A stretch of 64,000 nucleotides of DNA from Nitrospira japonica (GTDB lineage: Bacteria; Nitrospirota; Thermodesulfovibrionia; Thermodesulfovibrionales; SM23-35). Below, piece after piece: positions 1-8,827 of this stretch. Position numbers and translations under genes: made by a program. Numbering within the stretch: the stretch's first letter is position 1; each line of letters begins with the position of its first letter. The notes below the pieces were generated by a model. That model had not been told where the DNA came from, made no database searches, and worked only from the letters and a program-made list of their open reading frames with translations. The DNA lies in NCBI GenBank assembly GCA_020725385.1, contig DYFC01000032.1, positions 51,091 through 115,090 on the forward strand, written 5' to 3'.

Positions 1-1058
1 TCTTGCATATCTGAAATATCAGTAAATACAGGCTGAATTTCTCCGCCTGTAATTTCATCCGCAGCATCATCAACCACTGTTTTTATTTCTGATAAAAGTT
101 TTATATATTCAGATGCGGATTCTCTTATTGCCGGGGCTATGAAATATATACCATTATCATCGTCGTAAATATTTGCACATATAGGATATTGATATTCGCA
201 GATTTGTTTTATTTTCTCCTTTAAGAGCTTGATTGTTCTTTTTTTAGCAACAATATCGCCGATCTTTTGCCCATCCGATATAAAGGCCATGCCATCCCAG
301 CCAAAACCAATAAGGGAGAATTTGGCCCTGTCAAGACTTTGTATCTTTTCGCCGTAAATTAGAAAATGATTAAAAAAGACCTTTGAGAGCGCTGCTGTAA
401 CATAGGAATGCTGCCATAATGTTATATCATTTGCAGGCCTGTTTGTATCAGTCAGTGCAAAATTAAAAGCTTCTTCAACAGCCTTAAATATTTCTATCCT
501 TTCCTTATAATGAAAGCTATCAAGATATTTAGGAAGCATATAGTTCAATTTGTTGTATAAAATTTTTCTGATATTATCAAAATCTTCTACGTTCAAAAGG
601 GTCTCATAGCCAAATACTGTTGAGCCAAATGTCTGCTCTGTAGTTTGCTCCATTACCATAAGAGGATTGTTCCGGTCATCCCTTGTATCAACTGCATCTC
701 CAAGTTTTAAAAACTGCGCTATTTCATCTTTCGGTTTTGTATGTTGGTACATCAGGTTTTTTAATGAAATTACCGTATTTATCTGAAAACCGCTTCTATA
801 TATATTTGTGCTCCCGGCATAAGAACTGATTTTCTTATTAAGGCATTCGTTGAGGGGTCTCAAATATTCATTGCTTAATAAATTGTCTTTGTCAAAGAAA
901 TTATCCTCATGAGGGTCATTCATCCCTGTTTTCTTCTGCCACCTTCTCCGATAATATATGAATTCGGATGAAAGCTTTCCTGTATCGTGCAATAAACCTG
1001 CTAACTCCAAAATGAAAATCAGTCTTTTGTTTTTTTCAATATTTTCTATCAATGACAT
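1..1058 (-). CDS. cas10: Cas10-like type III CRISPR large subunit, N-terminal part with HD domain; the C-terminal part lies beyond base 1
   Basis: Hand translation of the minus strand from ATG 1058 stays open to base 1. It is absent from the ORF track because it is truncated. Sequence: MSLIENIEKNKRLIFILELAGLLHDTGK (HD motif), then TLWQHSY, LIGFGWDGMAFISDGQKIGDI and ANIYDDDNGIYFIAP. AGGGG SD lies 7 nt upstream. It directly follows two RAMP genes. Confidence 0.6.
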   Translation of the reverse strand, partial: MSLIENIEKNKRLIFILELAGLLHDTGKLSSEFIYYRRRWQKKTGMNDPHEDNFFDKDNLLSNEYLRPLNECLNKKISSYAGSTNIYRSGFQINTVISLKNLMYQHTKPKDEIAQFLKLGDAVDTRDDRNNPLMVMEQTTEQTFGSTVFGYETLLNVEDFDNIRKILYNKLNYMLPKYLDSFHYKERIEIFKAVEEAFNFALTDTNRPANDITLWQHSYVTAALSKVFFNHFLIYGEKIQSLDRAKFSLIGFGWDGMAFISDGQKIGDIVAKKRTIKLLKEKIKQICEYQYPICANIYDDDNGIYFIAPAIRESASEYIKLLSEIKTVVDDAADEITGGEIQPVFTDISDMQ

Positions 1059-1071
1059 AACATTACCCCTA

Positions 1072-2241
1072 CTAATCGTCTTTGTTCACAAGGCTAACCG
1101 CATTTGCAATTATCTTTTCAAGCCCGTCAAAATCATTATAATTCTTTTCTGTTAGAGGAATGCCTGACATATCAAATAATCCCTCTGAAAATGAATCAAA
1201 AATTATTCCAAACCCGCTGCTTTTCTTGGCAGAAAAGCCATAGGTAAGCATCATATCTTTCAAAGAGTTATAAACAATATCTAAATCTTCAATAACATCT
1301 TTTCTGAGCTTATCAGGCTTTCCTATCAGGTCAAACGGGACATAAAGAATGCTGAAAGTGCCTGTTGCATTTTCAGGCACACATTCGATATAAATGGGCA
1401 GAGTTCCTGCCTTTGTCTTTCTGTCATGCGGATTGATAACTTCAAGACCAATCTGATTGAAAAATGTGGGATGAAAATTAAGTCTGCCCCGCCGTCCTTC
1501 GACCTTTGGATCTATATATCCTTTATCTTTAAGCAGCTTCTGAAAATTTTCTGATATATATTTTCTTTTCTCTTTAAAAAGCTCAACATTCTGCTTTTCA
1601 TCTTCAGTACAAAATGCTTCGGCTAATATGGTATCAAGATAATTTTCTATTGAGTCTTTTTCATAACCGAAGAGACGAACCATCTGTGCCCTGCAATAGA
1701 GAAAATCTTTAATCTCTTCTTGAGTTAGTGTTTCTGGCAAGCTGTCTGCAAAAAGTTTCATCGCTACCCATCGCATATTTCCTTTCCACGAACTTCCCGA
1801 TACCATTGGAACCTTGAATACTTTATCTTTCCTGACAGGATTGTCAATGATATAAAACTCCTCATCGTCTCTGGAAATATATGGCTTTGAAAGAGTAAAG
1901 GTGAATTGGAGGAAAAAGGAAAATCTGGGTAGTTTATAAATATTCTCTATAAAATAAGGTCTATAAAGGTTTAAGTTTTTCAGTTTTGTTATTTCATCAT
2001 TTATTAAATTATTATATTTCCCTCTGTGGATTATGAATTTATGACCTTTTGGATCTCTAATGTTATCCCCATTTTTTGCATAGTTTCTGATGTTGTTGTT
2101 TTTATTAAGGCAGGTTGCCAATAATTTTACCCGAGAATATATATTTATAATTTCCCCAAATTTATCATTTCCATTAACGCATTTATCTATATCAGATTTA
2201 TCATGAATGACATCATATTCTAAAAACCAATCAAAGCTCAT
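1072..2241 (-). CDS. cmr6: Type III RAMP protein, Cmr6-like (Cas7 family)
   Basis: 389 aa. Motifs: VPMVSGSSWKGNMRW, RLFGYE, INPHDRKTKAG, and a C-terminal glycine-rich GFSAKKSSGFG. GAGGAGG SD. 11-nt overlap with the upstream RAMP gene. Confidence 0.6.
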   Translation of the reverse strand: MSFDWFLEYDVIHDKSDIDKCVNGNDKFGEIINIYSRVKLLATCLNKNNNIRNYAKNGDNIRDPKGHKFIIHRGKYNNLINDEITKLKNLNLYRPYFIENIYKLPRFSFFLQFTFTLSKPYISRDDEEFYIIDNPVRKDKVFKVPMVSGSSWKGNMRWVAMKLFADSLPETLTQEEIKDFLYCRAQMVRLFGYEKDSIENYLDTILAEAFCTEDEKQNVELFKEKRKYISENFQKLLKDKGYIDPKVEGRRGRLNFHPTFFNQIGLEVINPHDRKTKAGTLPIYIECVPENATGTFSILYVPFDLIGKPDKLRKDVIEDLDIVYNSLKDMMLTYGFSAKKSSGFGIIFDSFSEGLFDMSGIPLTEKNYNDFDGLEKIIANAVSLVNKDD

Positions 2242-3355
2242 TCAACACCTCCTCGCCTGTCTTTATAATGCATTCACTCTTCTTTTCATTCAATTGTGCT
2301 TCTATCATTTTTTTAACATCATCTCTTTCCTCTTGGCTTCTCCCATATCCAAAACATCGCTTTATACCTGGAATCTCTTTGTTGCAATCTTTAGGATCAA
2401 TTCCATGGAAAGAAAATATTTTTTTACTCTCATTCTGAGTTTTTTCAATACCACGTCTTTGAATTTCATTAAGTAAACAGGGAGAAAAATATTTTTTATC
2501 TTCGTCTCCATATCCACCCCAAAAAGCTTGCATTTCAGATGGATCATCTATATAACATCCGTCAAATTTTCCCTTGCTATAAGGCGTTGGGGTATTATTA
2601 CGGCAGATGATTTTGTTATGCGTTTCTCTATCAATACAACAATCTTTTATAAACCAGAAATACTTTAAGTCAGGCCAATCTTTATTATTTTTTTTCTCAA
2701 GATTAACTTTATTCTGGTTGATGTAAGCCAAGACTGTTTTGCAATCTGTATCGGAAGACGGCTTATCAGAAAGAAATGCGATAAGTCCATAATCAAAATG
2801 ATGTTTTTTAATTCTTCTGTTTTTATCTGTATATTGTTCTGTATTTTTAACAATTTCTTCAGAAGGCTTTTGTGTTGTCTTTCCCCCTATGGCTCCATAG
2901 TTAACAATTAATTTTAAGATCATTTTTAATAAATTTTTTTCAGCTTCCTCAAATGCCTTTTTTTCTATAAAATGTAAATCAAACAGAATATCTCTTGAAT
3001 TAAGGGAAACTAAATTTGTCATTTTATCTGGTTCGGTTATTCTCAGAATAAATTTTCCGCTCCATCCGGTGCAACCAAACAAATAGCAGGCAGGACAGAT
3101 TTTTTGTTTAACTTTTTTGTTTAGTAGTTCCCTTTCTTTTTTTTCTTTGTCTGTAAGTTTTAGTTCACAACGTTTGAATTCAAGCGAATCATCTGTAGGA
3201 TCACAGGCATACCCTCCTAATCCCCTTATCAATGCTTCATACCACCATCTTATTGACCCCCTAATTCCTGTTATGTGAAGTTTGTCAGGTTTCCCGTCCA
3301 CACCTCCTGTCCAGATCGGGGTCAATGTTTTTAATTTAAATACCAAACCATTCAT
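2231..3355 (-). CDS. cmr1: Type III RAMP protein, Cmr1-like
   Basis: 374 aa. LTPIWTGGVDGKPDKLHITGIRGSIRWWYEALIRG and LFGCTGWSGKF fit the Cmr1 N-terminal RAMP pattern. GGAGG SD. Confidence 0.65.
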   Translation of the reverse strand: MNGLVFKLKTLTPIWTGGVDGKPDKLHITGIRGSIRWWYEALIRGLGGYACDPTDDSLEFKRCELKLTDKEKKERELLNKKVKQKICPACYLFGCTGWSGKFILRITEPDKMTNLVSLNSRDILFDLHFIEKKAFEEAEKNLLKMILKLIVNYGAIGGKTTQKPSEEIVKNTEQYTDKNRRIKKHHFDYGLIAFLSDKPSSDTDCKTVLAYINQNKVNLEKKNNKDWPDLKYFWFIKDCCIDRETHNKIICRNNTPTPYSKGKFDGCYIDDPSEMQAFWGGYGDEDKKYFSPCLLNEIQRRGIEKTQNESKKIFSFHGIDPKDCNKEIPGIKRCFGYGRSQEERDDVKKMIEAQLNEKKSECIIKTGEEVLNEL

Positions 3356-3432
3356 TTGTCCTCCTTCCCAATATCGTGCAGTAATGCAGCCAGAACAACT
3401 GTGTTATATTCCCTCTGATCAAACCCATTCAT
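3352..3432 (-). pseudogene. 26-codon ORF carrying an HD-domain N-terminal motif; possible gene remnant or leader peptide
   Basis: Hand translation: MNGFDQREYNTVVLAALLHDIGKEDK*. GGGAG SD lies 6 nt upstream. Its TGA overlaps the cmr1-like ATG (ATGA). Too short to be a functional HD domain. Confidence 0.35.
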
Positions 3433-3453
3433 AAGCTTCTCCCTATAAAAACA

Positions 3454-3485
3454 ATTCAAAATTCAAGATTCAATATTCAAGAATC
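3454..3485. repeat. Heptanucleotide tandem array, ATTCAAR x4
   Basis: attcaaa attcaag attcaat attcaag, in phase. It is an imperfect inverted repeat (25/28) of 4209-4236 and also complementary to 3632-3660. Confidence 0.8.
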
Positions 3486-3548
3486 GGAAGAAAGACCACA
3501 GAATTATATTCTCTTTCGTCTATCTCTATCCTGCCTCCGATAAGAATA

Positions 3549-3611
3549 AATTCAATATGCAAAATTCAAAACCTCAAATTTATGATTCAAAACCGGCAGA
3601 TTTAAAATTCA
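3549..3611. repeat. Degenerate heptad-periodic stretch (NATTCAA-like units)
   Basis: aattcaa tatgcaa aattcaa aacctca aatttat gattcaa ... The phase is kept for about 6-9 units and then decays. Confidence 0.5.
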
Positions 3612-3616
3612 AAAAA

Positions 3617-4087
3617 CTAATCCCGCTCATTCCTGAATCTTGAATTTTGAATCTTGAATTGTTTTGTTATTTCTTCAACTTCGTCTCTCATACTCTTGTA
3701 TTCTTTTTTATATTTCTCGCCCTTTAGTTTCGACCCCTTTAAATAATCGATAAATCCGCTTAACTGACTGGATACGTCCCTTGCCAATGCGATGCCATTC
3801 TGAAATTCCCGTTCTGTGATGTAATCCTGATCCTTTGCGATATAGAGCTGGGTTCTTGTCTCGCCTGCCGACCCTTTTGCGATGAAGAGGAACTGGATGA
3901 ACTCTGTGTTCGAGCCGCGTTCAAAGCCTTCGGCGATATTGGACATGACAGAGGCCGATGCACGCCTGATCTGATCTACAAGGCTGAAGTCTTTGCTGAA
4001 CGCATGTTTTTTCGTGAGGTTATAAACATACCGGACCAATTCACGCGCCTTTTGCCAGACAGGAAGTTCCTCGAAACTTTTCGGCAT
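3617..4087 (-). CDS. Four-helix-bundle protein (23S rRNA intervening-sequence protein / Avd family)
   Basis: MPKSFEELPVWQKARELVRYVYNLTKK...DQIRRASASVMSNIAEGFERGS..EFIQFLFIAKGSAGETRTQLYIA is the classic family pattern. AAGGAG SD lies 7 nt before ATG 4087, so the track GTG at 4093 is less likely. The C-terminal ...KQFKIQNSRFRNERD is read from a heptad array. Confidence 0.85.
   Translation of the reverse strand: MPKSFEELPVWQKARELVRYVYNLTKKHAFSKDFSLVDQIRRASASVMSNIAEGFERGSNTEFIQFLFIAKGSAGETRTQLYIAKDQDYITEREFQNGIALARDVSSQLSGFIDYLKGSKLKGEKYKKEYKSMRDEVEEITKQFKIQNSRFRNERD
3632..3660. repeat. Heptanucleotide tandem array, YYTGAAT x4 (complement orientation of ATTCAAR)
   Basis: cctgaat cttgaat tttgaat cttgaat. 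Lies inside the 3' end of the 4HB CDS. Confidence 0.8.
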
Positions 4088-4103
4088 ATCCACTCCTTAA
4101 TAA

Positions 4104-4194
4104 AACTCAAGATTCAAGATTTAATATTCAAAACTTAAAGCTCGAAACTCAAGGCCAAACCTTAAACATGAAATTCAACATTTAAAAATCAAAT
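4104..4194. repeat. Degenerate heptad array, about 13 in-phase units, consensus NNYTYAA
   Basis: aactcaa gattcaa gatttaa tattcaa aacttaa agctcga aactcaa ggccaaa ccttaaa catgaaa ttcaaca tttaaaa atcaaat. Confidence 0.7.
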
Positions 4195-5198
4195 TAGGAA
4201 CCGGTATCTTGAATTTTGAGTTTTGAATTTTGAATGCTATACTTTCCCAATCCAAACCCCGTTCCTTTCCCTATATGCAAAACTTCACCCGCTTTTATTA
4301 TGGGTATAAACGGTTCAATCTTCCCTTCAAAAGTAATTTCTCCGACAAAACCACCCATATTTATCTTTGTATTCTGTCTGGCTGAATATCTCTTCCATCT
4401 GTACCATCTTAGTTTATTTTCTTTTACTTTTATGTTTTTTGACTTTTCGATTAGACCGTTGAAATTCCATCCAGATGGATCACCATTACAATGAAAGTAG
4501 TAAAGAAGAGACAATCTTCGTAAAAGATTTCTTATTAAAATATGAAATTCAAGATCAAGGGTGAGCCGACCATCGTAAAGAATTCTTGCGGGAGTCAAAA
4601 ATGAAAGTGAGATTGTCATGTTGCGCCACTCTGAATCAGAGTCATTCACAACAGTATTATCTAAAATCAGAGAAGAAGTTTTGAAAGACTTCAGGGTTTT
4701 AGTCTCAGAATCGTAAATCTTTTCACCATTGCAGGAAACATTTTTCAATTCATATTTTGTTTTGTCTTTAGTTATTCCGGTTCTGCCGAGTTCATCAAAG
4801 GTATAAATAAAATATGGCAGGTATTCTATTGCTTTCCCGATTAATATTAAACCGAATTTTATTTCATCGCCCGGCTTATATCCCCTTCTTTTTTCAGGAG
4901 GCGGTTCTATTACAAAAGGGTGGGGTGTAGCTTCATATTTCCTCATAATTTCTGTACCGGGTGGCGGCGGGGTTTCAAATATGTATGAATAAGCACATTT
5001 TTCTTTGAGAAAACATACAGCGCATTCATTATTTTTTGCAATACAGACCAAACGTTTGAAAACAGACCCGAAACCTCCCCTGAATGTCGAGCCTTTGTAG
5101 GCAGGTAGAATTAGCGGATTGTTTGGAACAATAGTGAATAAGAAATTCCCGAACTTAAGTAAAATAGGTTTTGTATTAGTCTCTGCCAAACTTTCCAC
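4194..5198 (-). CDS. cas6: Cas6-family CRISPR RAMP endoribonuclease
   Basis: 334 aa. FRGGFG near the N-terminus, Cys cluster CAVCFLKEKCAYSYIFE, and a C-terminal glycine-rich loop HIGKGTGFGLGKY. The last 14 codons (SIQNSKLKIQDTGS) come from the heptad array. The track start is a GTG and is uncertain. Confidence 0.7.
   Translation of the reverse strand: MESLAETNTKPILLKFGNFLFTIVPNNPLILPAYKGSTFRGGFGSVFKRLVCIAKNNECAVCFLKEKCAYSYIFETPPPPGTEIMRKYEATPHPFVIEPPPEKRRGYKPGDEIKFGLILIGKAIEYLPYFIYTFDELGRTGITKDKTKYELKNVSCNGEKIYDSETKTLKSFKTSSLILDNTVVNDSDSEWRNMTISLSFLTPARILYDGRLTLDLEFHILIRNLLRRLSLLYYFHCNGDPSGWNFNGLIEKSKNIKVKENKLRWYRWKRYSARQNTKINMGGFVGEITFEGKIEPFIPIIKAGEVLHIGKGTGFGLGKYSIQNSKLKIQDTGS
4209..4236. 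repeat. Heptanucleotide tandem array, TTGARTK x4
   Basis: ttgaatt ttgagtt ttgaatt ttgaatg. Inverted partner of 3454-3481. Lies inside the last codons of cas6. Confidence 0.8.
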
Positions 5199-5284
5199 CT
5201 ATTTATAATTCCCCCGCTAAAAACAATAGCGGTTAAATAATATCATAAATAGGCTTATGAAATCATCAAATATCTTGTTTAATC

Positions 5285-6535
5285 TTACAATGCATCTTTT
5301 GCGGTAGCTTTTATTACCTCCTTGATGTTTTTATCAAGAAATTCCGGGATATATGGAATATCCAGATTTAAAAAGCCTGAAGTAATGACCGAAACTGCGT
5401 CATCTTTTGATATTCCTCTTGACATTAGATATTCAACCTGTTCTTCTGCAATTGGACCTATGGATGCTTCATGCGAAAGCTCTGATTTCATGGAACCTTC
5501 AGAAACAAGTTCCGGTATAGCGAATATTTTTGATTTTTTAGAGAATAGTATGCCTCTACAATCAAGATGGGCAAGACAATATCCTTTTGTTGTTGCTATG
5601 AGGTCTCCTCTTGAATAAATAACACTCTCATCAGCCCCGATTGTTCTGGCAACAGATTCACCTCTTGTATTCTCACCTTCAAGAATTATCCTCGAACCGA
5701 GATCAATATATGAATCCTTCAATCCGTAAATTACTGTGTTGAATTTTGCAGAGGAACGGTCTCCTTTTAAATGAGCAACAGGAAAAGATTGAATTGATTT
5801 TACAGGTTTAAGAAGAACATAGTTATTAATATACGAGCCATCTTCTTCAACTATGATTTTTGTTCTTGGCCTCACATGAAAATTATCTGCCCAGTTATGT
5901 ATCATTGTGAAAAATAGTTTTCCACCCTTTTTGATATAAAATTCTGAGATTCCAAGATGTATTCCTTCAGCATCATTTTTTGATAAGGAACATCCTGTAA
6001 TTACCTGCAATTCAGCACCTTCTTCAACAATTATTATATTGTGGACATTCTGGCTTACGTAGTTTTCAGCTACGAGCAAACAGGATTGTACCGGATATTG
6101 GGGTTTCTGATTCGGAAAAACACGTATAAAATATCCATGAGTCATGTTTAAAGCGACCTGTGCTGTATATTTATCCATATCAACAGGAACAGCTTTCCAG
6201 AAGTACTCTTCCATCCAGTCGTATTTTTCAAGAGCATCCGGCGTACTCATTATCTCAAGCTGTCCTTCGTAAGATTTATTCAGGCTCTCATAAACTACAG
6301 ACTGGTCTATCTGCATATAGGAGCCAGCACGCTCTTTTTCCTCAAGACTGATGCCGGTTAAAATTGCAGCTTCTTTAACCTGTCTTGAAAGGCTTTCAAG
6401 ACTCTCGATTTTGCCTCTTTCGATATGTTGTGTATATTTTTCAATGTCAATGTCAGGTCCGTAAAGCGCTTTTTTATCCTTTGCTTTTAATGCTTTTTCC
6501 TCTATCTCTTTTAAATATTCCCTTCTTACCGGCAT
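5285..6535 (-). CDS. sufB: Fe-S cluster assembly protein, SufB/SufD family
   Basis: C-terminal CRGILFSKKSKIFAIPEL...SHEASIGPIAEEQVEYLMSRGISKDDAVSVITSGF. AGGAGG SD before ATG 6535. Overlaps the sufC stop. Confidence 0.85.
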   Translation of the reverse strand: MPVRREYLKEIEEKALKAKDKKALYGPDIDIEKYTQHIERGKIESLESLSRQVKEAAILTGISLEEKERAGSYMQIDQSVVYESLNKSYEGQLEIMSTPDALEKYDWMEEYFWKAVPVDMDKYTAQVALNMTHGYFIRVFPNQKPQYPVQSCLLVAENYVSQNVHNIIIVEEGAELQVITGCSLSKNDAEGIHLGISEFYIKKGGKLFFTMIHNWADNFHVRPRTKIIVEEDGSYINNYVLLKPVKSIQSFPVAHLKGDRSSAKFNTVIYGLKDSYIDLGSRIILEGENTRGESVARTIGADESVIYSRGDLIATTKGYCLAHLDCRGILFSKKSKIFAIPELVSEGSMKSELSHEASIGPIAEEQVEYLMSRGISKDDAVSVITSGFLNLDIPYIPEFLDKNIKEVIKATAKDAL

Positions 6536-7263
6536 TCTGCGCACCTCCTGTACCCGTGCTTTTTAATTTCTGAAAGAATATCCCTCGGATTTCCCCTGCA
6601 AAGAAGTTTGCCATCAAAAACAATATATCCCTTATCAGCATTTACAAAATCAAGAATGTATCCTGTATGGGTGATGATTATTGCACTACGTTTTTTATCT
6701 TTTACTTTGTCTTTTCCGAGCAAAGAATTTATTGCCTCACCAACTAAAGCAATATTTTCAATATCAACACCTGACTCGGGTTCATCTATTAATACAAGAT
6801 CCGGCCTCTGCACCATTAATTGAAGCAATTCAGAGCGCTTCATCTCTCCACCTGAAAAGCCGTCATTCAAACCTCTGTGCATATGCCCGGAGAGATTTAA
6901 CTTATCTATTATAGAATCAAGATATTCTCTGCTCCGTCCATTTGTATTAATGATTCCAATCAATTTTTCAAGGCTTACACCTTTAACTGTAGGCGGTCTT
7001 TGAAAAGATATTCCAAGCCCGAGTTTTGCCCTTTCATACAGGTCAAGATGAGTTATATCTTCGCCCTTGAAATATATCTTTCCCTGCTCGACTTTGTATT
7101 TCGGGAATCCCATTAATGTCATCATTAAAGTTGTTTTTCCAGCGCCATTTGGACCAAAAAGCACATTTATCTCTCCATAATTCATTGAAAAATAAACGCC
7201 TTTTAATACCTGTCTATCTTCGATAGAAACCCACAGGTCTTCGGTTTTTAACATTTCTTCCAT
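6526..7263 (-). CDS. sufC: Fe-S cluster assembly ATPase SufC
   Basis: Walker A GPNGAGKTT, signature FSGGEMKR, Walker B LVLIDEPESG. GGAGG lies 7 nt before ATG 7263. The longer track ORF start at 7299 lacks an SD. Confidence 0.9.
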   Translation of the reverse strand: MEEMLKTEDLWVSIEDRQVLKGVYFSMNYGEINVLFGPNGAGKTTLMMTLMGFPKYKVEQGKIYFKGEDITHLDLYERAKLGLGISFQRPPTVKGVSLEKLIGIINTNGRSREYLDSIIDKLNLSGHMHRGLNDGFSGGEMKRSELLQLMVQRPDLVLIDEPESGVDIENIALVGEAINSLLGKDKVKDKKRSAIIITHTGYILDFVNADKGYIVFDGKLLCRGNPRDILSEIKKHGYRRCAECR

Positions 7264-7397
7264 TTTAATACCTCCTAAAAACTTAACAGGAAAGGACATT
7301 TTATAATCTTACCTTTTTTATTTTCTTAGTATATAATTAAACTTATCTTTTTATAAAGAAAATATTTTATAAATTAATTTGTCTTTCTTGCGGGCTA

Positions 7398-7427
7398 TTG
7401 ACAAATTCTTTAATATTTTTGTATGTT
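7398..7427 (+). promoter_or_regulatory. Candidate sigma70-type promoter for rho
   Basis: TTGACA (7398-7403), 18-nt spacer, TATGTT (7422-7427), about 105 nt upstream of the rho ATG. Confidence 0.35.
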
Positions 7428-7534
7428 ATGAAAAGAACATCTACTTTAAATAAATGTATAAACCTTCCTGGATAGGCAAAGTCCTACCGGGTTACAAAAC
7501 CACCAAAACATAATCCAATAGGAGTTAATTAATT

Positions 7535-8821
7535 ATGGATAATCCAAAGAAAAATGTTATGACAGAAAACATGCCTATTTCTGCACTCAAAGAAAAAACA
7601 ATTGATGAATTGACAGAAGTCGCCCGTGAACTGAATGTCGAGGGTGCAAGCAGTATGCGCAAACAGGACCTTATATTCGCAATACTTCAAGCTCAAACAG
7701 AAAAAACAGGATATGTTTTCTCAGAAGGAGTGCTTGAAATATTACCCGATGGTTTTGGCTTTTTAAGATCCCCTGATTACAGTTATTTGCCGGGACCTGA
7801 CGATATATATGTTTCTCCATCACAGATCAGGCGTTTTAATCTCAGAACAGGAGATCTTGTTTCTGGCCAGATAAGACCACCGAAAGAAAGCGAGCGTTAT
7901 TTTGCTCTACTTAAAGTTGAAGCAATAAACCATGAATCTCCCGATGAAAACATAAAAAGACCTTTGTTTGACAATCTAATTCCTTATTATCCGACAGAAA
8001 AAATAAAACTCGATTACGATCCAAATGATTACTGCACAAGAGTTATGGATTTAATTACTCCAATCGGTATGGGACAGAGAGGGATGATTGTTGCAGCACC
8101 AAGAACCGGTAAAACAATGCTTTTACAATCTATAGCAAAAGCAATCAAGAAAAATCACCGTGATATACATTTAATAATACTTCTAATCGATGAAAGACCT
8201 GAAGAAGTTACGGACTGGAAAAGACAAGTACCCACTGCTGAAATTATAAGCTCAACATTCGATGAGCCACCGCAGCGTCATTGTCAGGTATCCGAGATGG
8301 TTGTTGAAAGAGCAAAAAGGCTTGTTGAATGCAAGAAAAATGTAGTAATTCTTCTTGATAGTATAACAAGATTGGCACGTGCATATAACTCTGTAATCCC
8401 AGCAAGCGGTAAAGTACTGTCAGGAGGTCTTGATTCTAATGCATTGCAGAGGCCCAAGAGGTTTTTCGGTACAGCAAGAAATATCGAAGATGGGGGTAGT
8501 CTTACAATTCTTGCTACAGCATTGGTTGATACAGGTAGCAGGATGGATGACGTTATATTTGAAGAATTTAAAGGCACTGGCAACATGGAATTGCATCTCG
8601 ACAGAAAACTCGTTGACAAAAGAATATTCCCGAGCATTGATATTAATGCTTCCGGCACCCGTAAAGAAGAACTGCTTGTTGATAAAGATGTTCTTAACAA
8701 GATGTGGATTCTTAGAAAAGTTTTAACACCTCTGAGCACTGTTGAAAGCATGGAATTTTTACTCGGCAAGCTTATGGGCACGAAAAATAATAAAGAATTC
8801 CTTGATAAAATGAATAAATAA
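7535..8821 (+). CDS. rho: Transcription termination factor Rho
   Basis: 428 aa. N-terminal [21 protein letters not shown], Walker [18 protein letters not shown], and a C-terminal [17 protein letters not shown]. Confidence 0.97.
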   Translation: MDNPKKNVMTENMPISALKEKTIDELTEVARELNVEGASSMRKQDLIFAILQAQTEKTGYVFSEGVLEILPDGFGFLRSPDYSYLPGPDDIYVSPSQIRRFNLRTGDLVSGQIRPPKESERYFALLKVEAINHESPDENIKRPLFDNLIPYYPTEKIKLDYDPNDYCTRVMDLITPIGMGQRGMIVAAPRTGKTMLLQSIAKAIKKNHRDIHLIILLIDERPEEVTDWKRQVPTAEIISSTFDEPPQRHCQVSEMVVERAKRLVECKKNVVILLDSITRLARAYNSVIPASGKVLSGGLDSNALQRPKRFFGTARNIEDGGSLTILATALVDTGSRMDDVIFEEFKGTGNMELHLDRKLVDKRIFPSIDINASGTRKEELLVDKDVLNKMWILRKVLTPLSTVESMEFLLGKLMGTKNNKEFLDKMNK

Positions 8822-8827
8822 CTTTAA

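Noticed and set aside
3617-4087. The four-helix-bundle gene as the Avd component of a diversity-generating retroelement.
   Set aside because: No reverse transcriptase gene and no template/variable repeat pair are anywhere in the window. The family is also common outside DGRs.
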